Origin: Toensbergia leucococca | Taxonomy: Eukaryota | Direction of reading: 5' to 3' | Length of the DNA stretch: 32,612 bases | NCBI GenBank assembly: GCA_022813965.1 | Contig: JALDZS010000239.1 | Span: 1 to 32,612, forward strand | Shown: in pieces, positions 11,519-21,376 of the stretch | Numbering within the stretch: the stretch's first letter is position 1 | Layout: each line of letters opens with the position of its first letter | Notes under the pieces: model-generated | Databases searched by the model: none | Told to the model about the DNA's origin: nothing | Seen by the model: the letters and a program-made list of their open reading frames with translations, nothing else | Translations under genes and position numbers: made by a program

Positions 11519-11576
11519 TTTTCTTTTTTCTTTTTTCTTTTTTCTTTTTTCTTTTTTCTTTTTTCTTTTTTCTTTC
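11519..11576. repeat. Heptanucleotide microsatellite (TTTTTTC)7 with partial flanking units
   Basis: Seven perfect units at 11524-11572 read directly from the sequence. Confidence 0.97.
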
Positions 11577-12456
11577 TGGACGACGTGAGAAGCCGAGCAG
11601 ATTGGGGTAATGAAGTAATACTCACAAGGCTGTGATCGAAAACATGGCGGGATATCATAAGGTAGAGGTCAGCAATATATTGCCGATGTTTCGGTGGCGA
11701 TATGCGACATGAAGGTAGAGCATGTGTTCCTCCCCTTAGCTAAGGATGAAAGGGCTGTGCTCCAGGCAGTTTATACGCATACCACGTTGATTATGCATCA
11801 ACTTCGACCGTGATATAACAGCTTCTCGCCAGCACAGCATCGCGAGTTCTAAGCGTGACAAGGCTATTAGATAGGGATTTGATACTAAAGCTCAATTGTG
11901 GATTGGGAGGATTCGAGAGATTAGGGTGCTACTTGTTGACAGTGGCAGTGGTCTAGGCGCTTTACGCTCTGGAGAAGGACAACAGGTAGGTGGTAGGTAA
12001 ATACCTGTACCCATAGAGACACGAGTGACGCTTCAGAGGTCCATTTTGTATGTGATATATGAGTCTTTACCGTTAGAATACATTACGCGGCTTGTTTCAG
12101 AGTGAGCACGAGCCGTAAAAAGGGAAAAGGGAAAACCTTGGAAGGGAAAAGGGTGACCGGATTTATTGACCGCTAATGCAGGTAGAATACGGATACGGCA
12201 ACTCTAAATGACGCTTACAGCCATGTCCGAGATCCAAGACGGGCAATGGAGTACTCCGTAGAATAAATACATCATCGTCTCCGAAATCTCCACGAGCTGA
12301 CTCGGTAATCCATCATTACTCCATACTCGGTACCTATTCTCCATTTCACTTTTCACTGATGGCCATATTACTCCCTAGGTGCTTTGGTGTCTAGACGTAC
12401 TTTTCTATTCCTTTTTTTCTCTCTTTCTTCCAACTGCCTTCTCAAAAAACGTTACT

Positions 12457-13544
12457 ATGGCTAACAATATGGGTACGCATCCTGGGCTGGTTCCCGAAGA
12501 TGCTTTCGTTTCCGACGTCTCATCAAATATGGCAGAGCTGGTATGTTGTCTAGCTATTGGATCCTTACTTCGATCGATGTCTGACTCTTCAACCAGATAT
12601 CATCCATCCTCGATGACTGCCTCTACAACCTCATCCGCGACACCGTTCTTCAAGTCCACCGAGAAGAGAAACTTGCACGCATGCAGTCTGCAGCAATTCT
12701 CGCTCATCAAGCTGCTCAGAAGAAGACCCTCTCCATAGTAGATAGCGACGAAGAGCCCACGGTCACCTTCGCAGGCGCAATCGAAACCGATGACGGCAAA
12801 ATACACCTTCGCGGTAATCCGTTGAAAACTACCTCCACAATTCTCTGCCCGAATTGCAATCTCCCTCGTATCGTCGATTCCACTTCCAAACACTCAACTT
12901 CCTCCAAATCATGCTGCGCCAAAACACCCTACATCTCCCACCCATTCCTGGATATTCATGGCCGCTCCCTAACTGCCGCCGCTCCACCACTAAAGAAGAG
13001 CTCAAAGTCCAGCATATCCAACATTTCAAAACCCTATTCCCCATCTTCCAGCTCCTCCGCAACTGTCAACGGCAACTCCCCACCAGACGAAAAACACCAT
13101 CCTCTACCTATACCTTCAACTAGATGCCCAAGCTGTCAACGATACTTTCTCGTTTCCCGCATTGCATGGCACCTAGATAAATGCATTGGGATTTCGGGAA
13201 GGCAAAGTGGGAGGGATGCGCTTGCTAAGATAAAGACGGGGGTTACACCAAAGGATAGTCGGGATGGAACGCCATTGAGTAAGCAAGGGATAAAAGACGA
13301 TGCTGAGACTGGGCCGAGGACACCGCTGAAAGAGAAGAAGAAGAGAAAAGCAATAGAAAGAGAAGATGAATCAGGACCATTGAAGAAGAAGCGATTAGTG
13401 CAGAAGAAGATTGGGCATGATGTCGAAGGTGAAAGTGATCTCTCCAACGGCCCCAACCTAGCTACGACCCAGTTGGAAAATCCCAAAAACCGAGAGGGCA
13501 CAGAAGGAGTTGAAGTTGAAGACGGAGCGGTACTCGAGGAATAG
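12457..13544 (+). CDS. SGF11: SAGA deubiquitination module subunit Sgf11 (ATXN7L3-like)
   Basis: Exon 1 12457-12540, intron 12541-12596 (GTATGT..CTGAC..CAG), exon 2 12597-13544. N-terminal helix ISSILDDCLYNLIRDTVLQVHREEK and zinc finger CPSCQRYFLVSRIAWHLDKC; basic NLS-like tail. Confidence 0.85.
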
Positions 13545-14399
13545 ATATTGGAAACACGAGACCATTCTAGCATTTCCTGGCGCACCGCATCATACCCCGT
13601 TACGTAACGATACCCCCTTTACATTATTCCATGCATATATTGGCGGCAAATCTACACACGCATCTAGAGTCAACACTGAGCGAAAGAATGAAAGAAATCT
13701 ATGGTAGAAAACGAGATGATGAGGGGAGGTCACTACGCCAGATGATCCATCGAGCATGAGCACATGATCTTTCAAAGAGTGTCGATACGGCACAAGGAGG
13801 TTAGCAGCCATCAAAGAGAAGAGAACGGATAGAAAAAGGTGCGTTTCAACTAGGCATATAAGTAATTCAACAAAAAGGGGGGGATGTGAGGGAGGAATCA
13901 TGAAGCGCATCATCTTCACATCATTACATAATGGCATCATGAAACAAGAAGATACACAAAAGTACACACTCATTTCATTTCACGCATGATACTAGATCTC
14001 ATCTTTGCATCTACACCTCTCAAACAATCATCAGTATAAAAGATCACAAATGTTTCTCATCTCTTTCTTTGATCACTATTTAGTCATTCACTTGATTGAG
14101 ACTACTGAATCTCAACGTAGAGTGATCTCTGTGTCAAATCTAATGATTGTATCAGTAGAATTTGACATGAGAAGACTAGTAAGGCTTTGTAATAGTAATG
14201 ATGACTCTTCACTCAACTATTGAGGTGGCAGTCTGACTGAAAAAGTCATGAATATTTTATTTCATTTATGCTCAGCAAGGTGCATTATATCATCCGTTCA
14301 CTGTCTGACGCACATGTTCAGAAACATGCGGCGTCACCAGCGTTACTTCACATCTCATCTTAACGTGTTTGGCACGGCAACTTTACTGACACTCTGGTA

Positions 14400-15104
14400 A
14401 GATAATTTCCTAGTGAATTGAGGATGATTCAAAAGAGACACGAGCACAGTTTATGGGTCAAGATATGCAGGAAGTCTGCGGCCGACGCATTTGCGCGGCA
14501 GTACAGCGCGTAGATGAAACCTTAGCGCTAGAATAAGATATTTAGATGAAAAAGAACCAGATGAGCGCTTGCCATTCGCCCTCCCGGAGGCTTACCCAGT
14601 CCGGACAGTAGCAGCTTGAAAAGATGGATAATGCAGAAAGAATTACTTGAGAGATCGGGCGTCAAAATGTAATGGAACACGAAAGTGCGGTTGAACTGTA
14701 ATATGAAGCAACCATCTTATCTTTAAATGCTAGCCATAGAGGGAATGCCATCAGACAGGTTGTGCGCCATCACAAAAGCAAGGCTTCTTCACAGTTCAAA
14801 TCGATGAGAAAAAATGCCGAGAGGAAGAAAAGACTCCAGGCTGGCAGAGTGGAGGACTTATCAAAAATGCTGACATCAGCGGCGCACATTCCTTTTCCAG
14901 ACGTGCATCCGAGTTCTGCAATGCACACGAGATCTATCCACACATATCTTCTCATGGCTTGAATATCCTCCCTTGACTGCATGTCGCACTGCATCGGCGC
15001 AATGGCTCTTTCTTATCTCAAAATCCCGCCATCTCATGTCGTACAAGCCCCACACCTTATCTCAAGATGCATCGACCTATTTCTTGCCTCGATGTGTATT
15101 ATCA
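14400..15104. promoter_or_regulatory. Cluster of HGATAR (GATA) sites upstream of the amino-acid permease; possible AreA/NIT2 control
   Basis: AGATAA 14400; TTATCT 14717, 15013, 15057; TTATCA 14858, 15099, all within ~730 bp of ATG 15129. Confidence 0.4.
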
Positions 15105-15128
15105 TCGGCTTTTCAAACTCAACCCACA

Positions 15129-17096
15129 ATGTCATTCAATGCAAATCATATCGTTGATGAGGGAGCACTCCATCTGACCTCGGTCTTTTCAAAGACTGGA
15201 GATCACGCTGTCTTGGATCATGTAGGCGACCAAGATGAGGAGGTACTTGTGGCTCTGGGTTATAAACAGGAGTTCAAAAGGTTCGCCCTTGGCACTCATT
15301 TGTCCAACATATCCCTGACGTGCGCAGAGATTTCTCTCTCTTGTCCACATTCTCTGTATCTTTCTCTGTGCTTGGACTTCTTCCCTCAATTGCATCAACC
15401 CTGGGCTACAATCTAGCTTATTCGGGGCCAGCCGGCTCCGTCTGGGGATGGGTTGTCGCAGGTATCCTGATACAATTTGTCGCGTTGTCCATGGCCGAGC
15501 TGTGTTCCAGTATGCCAACGGCTGGAGGGCTGTACTATGCCTCTGCAGTTCTTGCACCTCAAGGATGGGGTCCGCTCTGCTCTTGGGTAATTGCCTTTTC
15601 GTTCAAGATATCGGCAACACAACCATTAATCCTATGAATCAACAGATAACTGGCTGGTCCAACTTTTTGGGACAAGTGACTGGTCCTTGCTCGGTCAACT
15701 ACGTGCTATCCTCAATGATCTTGACGGCGGTAGAAATCGCCAATTCGGACTACACGGCCAAGATATACCACGTTTACCTCCTTTTCCTAGCTCTTCTTAT
15801 CGTCGAAGGACTCCTGACCATGAATTCCACCAAGTTCATTGGCTATCTGAACAAAGTAGGGACAGTTGTGAATATGGCTGTTATTATCTTCTTTGTCATC
15901 TGGCTGCCTGTAGGATCAATCAATCAGCCAAAATTCAACTCAAATGATTACGTATGGACTGGAATTGTCAACGGAACCGAATGGCCTAGTGGTTTTGCAT
16001 TCATGATGGGCTTCCTCAGCGTCATCTGGACCATGGCCGGTTACGATGCTCCTTTCCATCTTAGTGAGGAGTGCTCCAACGCCAACATCGCGAGCCCTCG
16101 GGCAATTGTCATGACTGCACAATTAGGCCTCTATCTTGGTTGGGCCATTATACTGGTCATCGCATAGTAGATATATCTGTTCTACTTCAGAGGAACGACT
16201 TACTGACTGATGTCTCAGTACCGTCAAGAATATTCCAGATGTCGTTGATGGACAATACGGGCAGCCAATGGGTACGTCTATTTCGCTGATGATCAGGGAC
16301 AAAATTAACGCGCAACAGGGAGTTTATGTTTGCAGGTCCTGGGCCCCAAGGCGGGCCTTGCTTTGTTCTCTTTAAATATCATTGCCCAATTTTTCGTAGG
16401 AATAGGGTAAGTCATTGCACCGCAAGACAATTGAAAAACTAACCATTCTTAAGCTGCACCGTGGCATCGTCTCGGGTAACTTTTGCCTACTCCCGTGATG
16501 GTGCTCTTCCTGGAAGTCGATGGCTAAAGAAAGTCAATCGGGTGACACGAACACCCGTAAATGCGGTCTGGTTTGTCCTCGCATTTGGAGCAATTTTAGG
16601 TCTCCTCATGTTTGCAAGCCCTATCGCGATTGGTGCTGTGTTTAGCATTGGTGCAATAGCCCAATATATTGCTTTTATTTTTCCCGTCGCTCTCAAACTT
16701 TTCGTTGTTGGAGACAGGTTTCGACCAGGTAAATGCAGCTCAATCCAATAACGAGAGATGAACTTGGATTAACATGAAACGGCAGGACCGTGGAATTTGG
16801 GACGGTTTTCGAAGCCAATTGGAGCAGTTGCCGTAGCATGGGTGGCGCTAATCGTTCCGGTGCTCTGCTTCCCTGCAGTGAAGGGGTCGGACCTGAACCG
16901 TCTTACAATGAATTACACCTGTCTCATCTACGGCGGCGTGATGAGCTTGTCTTTGCTGTGGTACGCAGTAGACGCCAGGAGATGGTTCAAGGGGCCCAAG
17001 ATTAATGTCCAGCACTTGATACATAAAGGGGTCCCAGAAGGTCAAGATATGAAAGTGGATCAGCAAGAGGAGATGTTCAAGGAGAAAAGTGGATAA
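15129..17096 (+). CDS. Amino-acid/choline transporter (ACT) family permease, GABA-permease-like (APC superfamily)
   Basis: Seven exons; introns 15281-15327, 15587-15645, 16167-16218, 16272-16318, 16407-16453, 16729-16785. Motifs LGYKQEFKRDF, SMAELCSSMPTAGGLY, GYDAPFHLSEEC, SRVTFAYSRDGALPGS, GPWNLGRFS, RRWFKGP. Confidence 0.93.
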
Positions 17097-17876
17097 AGTT
17101 GAAACAGACCTTTTTATTGGGAATGAAAGATTGAGATATTGATTGAAATGGGAAGGAATTGATAGAAAAGTCCAAGGCTCGGAGTCTGCTGTGTAAAACA
17201 TAGATCTAGAGCACTTGGGAAATAATCAATGTCAAGAATGCACTCTCTCTTCTCCTGTTCTTCAGGAACTTAGCAACCGGAACATTCTCTTTGAGAAGCT
17301 GAAGATACATGTACGTTCTCTCACAAGTTGTTCAGGAGGATACTAAAAGGAGAAGCTACACAACCATAAGAATTAGAATATCTCCTTTGCAGCTTGAGCG
17401 TTAGTGGGGTCCAAGAGGATACTGGGCGCTAGCAGAGTAAGCAGGTCTCCGCTGAAGGAAAATACGGCTTCCAGCAGTATTCCCAATTTAGATTGTTGCC
17501 GAAAGAGATCTGTTTGCTGATATTCATTTTTCGAGGAATATTCAACTGATGGCCACGATCGTACTTGGAACCTGTATCAAGTTCCCACGAAATAGGATTT
17601 TGTGTCTTCGAGTCATCAAATATGAAATCCAGCAGAATATATCCCGGAATGAAGCGATTAAAATAGAAGATGACGAGTTGTGAGTGTTGAGCAAAAGGTG
17701 GATGGTAATCATGATGTATATGGAGTGAATATCTCAACAAAGTTGTTTGCTCTTTTTCGCGCTTTGTCAACACCTGCCAATTTTATTTGGCACAGTTTTG
17801 CTTCAATATGTCGCAGAGCCCAACAGTTCACTTTTATTCATCCTAAAGTGTACTCCGACCTTCTTTCGCGTTGACT

Positions 17877-19264
17877 ATGGATGAAGGAACGGTAGACTTG
17901 ATCCTTGCTCTACAGATTGAGGATCTAGAGTCGTTGGTATCGAGCCGAAAGGGAAAAGGCGTCGAGGGCAGCGCTTTGACCGATGATCAAATCGCCGTGG
18001 AGCTCCAAAAGGATGAGCTACAAAAGCAAGAGATCATACTGGCAGACTTCCGCATGGCACGCAGTGTCAGTCGCGCAGTCCAAGACGATGGAGCCGCTGT
18101 CACCATTTTGATGTCAGAAGAACGTCGCTCCGCCCAAGATCGAGAGATTGCATGTCGGATGAGCGGCCAGGCCCATCATCATGTGGCCAATCTTCCAGAC
18201 TGCCGTGTGGACGAAGATATCCTCTCAAGATTCGGCTCTCTCAAGATTCGACAAGCTGATGATATAGATGACGATGACGATCAATCCTGCTATGGTGAAT
18301 CCGTCATCTCGTTCCACGAACAAGAGACTGGCGAGAGTTCATCTTGGGCCGCAGGACGAAAGACGGCCAAACCCAAAGAAACTTTCAAAGCCAAGGACGA
18401 ATGTGTCGCGTGCTCCGAGATCCGAGAAAAAGTGCAGGTCCCTTGCAAACATCGTTATTGCAAGATATGTGTTGTGAAGCTGGTCAACGACTCAACCGTG
18501 GATGAATCTCTATTCTCACCGCGACGCTGCAGTCAAGAGATGCCAATGTCTCTTATTCGTCCATACATCACCGCCGATCTGACTGCAAAATTCGAGCAAA
18601 AAGTTATCGAGTTCGGTATACCTTACCGTACGTAATTTTATTCCTGCGGAAACTTCATCAATTCCGACAACATCCAAGGACACCGAGCCAATTGCACAAC
18701 GTGCAATCTTGACACATGCATGCTATGCAAAACGCGATTCCACGGCGGAGACTGTCCGAAAGATGCAGCTTTGGAGACGTTTCTCCAGCTTGCACGGGAG
18801 ACAGGGTGGCAGCGATGCACACGCTGTCAGGCCATGATCGAGCGTCGAGAGGGATGTAACCACATGATGTAAGTCAAAAGCTCCTATCTCTCACAGCAAG
18901 AGCAACATTTGAGTCCTGACGCTTTCTAAGGTGCCGCTGCGGTCACGGATTCTGCTATGAATGTGGACAGAAATGGAAGGGATGTACCTGTATCATTTAC
19001 GATGAAGACATGCTACTCCAACGAGCTCGCGTCATCGCACACCGGGATGTAGAGCCTGGACTTGTAGCACTAGGAGCAATACAAGTCCAGCTGATTGCGG
19101 ACCATCTGCGGGAGCGCCACGACTGCCAGCATAGAGGCCGGTGGCGTCGGGTTGAAGGTCCGCATCGATGCGAAGAGTGTGGCAATTACATGCATCAGTT
19201 CATTCTGCAATGCCGCCATTGCATGCTTCAGGCTTGTGTGCGGTGCAGAAGCAACCGCTTGTGA
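17877..19264 (+). pseudogene. RBR (RING-IBR-RING) E3 ubiquitin ligase with an in-frame stop; probable pseudogene
   Basis: RING1 CVAC..PCKHRYCKIC, IBR CTTC...CMLCKTRFHGGDC, RING2 WQRCTRCQAMIERREGCNHM/MCRCGHGFCYECG (intron 18869-18930) and the fungal C-terminal Cys tail. TAA at 18633-18635 interrupts the frame (RT*FYSC, expected RTYC..C); RING1 end reads FSPRRC where FPPRCC is expected. Confidence 0.8.
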
Positions 19265-19801
19265 TCTGATAGACGCGTTGACGAGTGTCTGAAGTAGATG
19301 TGGAGAAGGAGAAGTGATGTACAATAGACTAAGACGATAGTGCTAGTGCAGCTGCTGAAGGTTGACAGAGCCATACCTTAAGCCAGGTGAAGCAAATGAG
19401 GCCTTTGCAAGACATTTAAATCTTTAGGTCAAATGCAATGCATTGCTAAACATGCCGAATTCAACGTTTGCGCGATTCATAGTCCAAGTACCTTATTGCT
19501 AAGGTACCCATCAGCTCACATGGAATAGGAGGAGAAGAAGAGATTTGGCAGGTGAAGGTCGAGACGACCGTGGACTATTTGTAGGCTTGCTGCTTCATTG
19601 CTGGTTTAATGCAGAACTCGAACCTGCCACAGTTGACATCTACTGGTCGGCGAGTAAGAGAGACGCTGTAAAACACCGTCTCATGCTTCTTCTCTCTCAA
19701 TTTACTGTCTGTGAAAAATCATGGTTGATAGGATAGGTGATGGAGGGCTAGGAGTGGAAAAGGACTACCTTACCGTACTCGTGTTCACCCCCGGATGCAA
19801 G

Positions 19802-19881
19802 CCACTGTCGGATGCAAATGCTATCCCAATTCAAGTTAGCTGACTTTAATTAGGCAATCTAGCATTCGCATCCGACAGTGG
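19802..19881. repeat. 80-bp imperfect palindrome upstream of RRP43
   Basis: CCACTGTCGGATGCAAATGCTA (19802-19823) pairs with 19860-19881 at 21/22; the interior is also partly self-complementary around a central AGCT. Confidence 0.85.
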
Positions 19882-19966
19882 GAGATAAATTCCAGCCAAA
19901 CACGGATCCTAATCATCAACAAGAACCCCTCCCAAAAGATCCCCAACCTCCACCCACCTCCCCGAA

Positions 19967-20953
19967 ATGAAACACACCCAACCCCAACCCCAACCTCACA
20001 CCCTCTCCCTCCCCCCCACCCACTTCGCCGCCCTCTCCCCAACCGCCCACCTCCTCGCCCACCTAACCCAAACCCCCCCAACCCGCCCCTCGGGCCGCAC
20101 ACCCACCCAATCCCGCCACCCCACCATCCACACAAACAGCCTATCGCACACAAACGGCAGCGCCGTGGTCCGAACCGGCGACACGACAATCGTGTGCGGC
20201 GTGCGCAGCGAGATCCTGCTCGTCAGAGACATACCAAACTACCGACCGCCTCCCCTCACAGAAGAAGAAGAAGAAACAGATGAAATCCCAACCCTCGCCC
20301 TCCTAGTCCCAAACCTAGTCCTCCAAACCGGCTGCTCGCCCGCCCACCTCCCCGGCGCGCCCCCCTCCCCAACAGCGCAAACACTAACCCACCGCCTCCT
20401 CTCCCTCATGCACTCAACCCGCCTCATCCACCCCTCCTGCCTGCGCATCTACCACCCCTCCTCCTCCCCAACCGCCCTCAACAAAAAAATAATAGCCTAC
20501 CACACCCTCCACATCTCCCTCCACATAATCTCGCTCTCCGGGCCCCCCTTAGCCCCGGCATGGAGCGCCCTCCTCGCCGCCCTCCTCACGACAATTCTCC
20601 CACACGCATACTACGACCCCGACAATGACCGCGTCCTCTGCTCCCCCGACGCACGAAAAGCCGCAAAACTACGGGTGCAAGGGATGCCCATCGTGGTCGA
20701 ATTTGGGGTGTTCAGGGGCAGGGTCCTTGTTGATTTGGAGGCCGGGGAGGAAGGGCTTTGCGGGGAGGTTGTGGCGATTGTGGTTGATGGGAGCGGCGGG
20801 ATGGATGGAGGAGAGGAGGGGGTGAGGGTGTTGCGGATTGAGAAGTCGGGGGGCGGGTATGTGGGAGCGGGGGAGATGAGGGAGTGTGTGCGATTGGCTG
20901 GGGGGAGGTGGCGGGAGTGGAGGGATGCGATTTTGGGCGCTGTGGGGGATTGA
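19967..20953 (+). CDS. RRP43: Exosome complex RNase PH-like subunit Rrp43 (EXOSC8)
   Basis: Single 328-aa ORF with RPSGR, SLSHTNGSAVVRTGDTTIVCGVRSEIL, LLVPNL...GCSP..LPGAPPS..AQTL and IEKSGG, characteristic of Pezizomycotina Rrp43. Confidence 0.85.
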   Translation: MKHTQPQPQPHTLSLPPTHFAALSPTAHLLAHLTQTPPTRPSGRTPTQSRHPTIHTNSLSHTNGSAVVRTGDTTIVCGVRSEILLVRDIPNYRPPPLTEEEEETDEIPTLALLVPNLVLQTGCSPAHLPGAPPSPTAQTLTHRLLSLMHSTRLIHPSCLRIYHPSSSPTALNKKIIAYHTLHISLHIISLSGPPLAPAWSALLAALLTTILPHAYYDPDNDRVLCSPDARKAAKLRVQGMPIVVEFGVFRGRVLVDLEAGEEGLCGEVVAIVVDGSGGMDGGEEGVRVLRIEKSGGGYVGAGEMRECVRLAGGRWREWRDAILGAVGD

Positions 20954-21376
20954 GATGGCATGACTGAGTGAGTTCGATTATGGGTGTTTTTCACTTTGAT
21001 TTAATCACCATGAGAGAGTTCTTAATTGCCGATACCCTTGCCTCAAGAACAACGCCAGCAAACAAAACCATGAGAAACATAACGCCCACGATCGAAGCCG
21101 TTGATATCCAGTATCCGGACGTAATCCCTCGTCAATTCCAACGGCAAGAGTCATAAACACAATCAAGGGCAAGGCATCAATAACAATGGACACCCACATC
21201 AAGTGGATGGGCAAATGATCCTTTCCAATACTATGATTTACTTGGGCAACAATCAATCCTATCTCATCACATGTGATATTTCATTCAAAAAACAATTGCA
21301 CCCCTCATCCCCCAACACGAGATATACAATTCCTTTTTTCTCGCAACATACCGAACCTCCTCCGCCGCCCTGCGAC

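Noticed and set aside
12118..12153. GGGAAAA short repeats, and nearby TACTCC motifs upstream of SGF11
   Set aside because: Only 2-3 imperfect copies; low-complexity promoter sequence with no testable structure.
17360..17773. Protein-like minus-strand frames between the permease and RBR gene
   Set aside because: No recognisable motif, start context or consistent exon structure.
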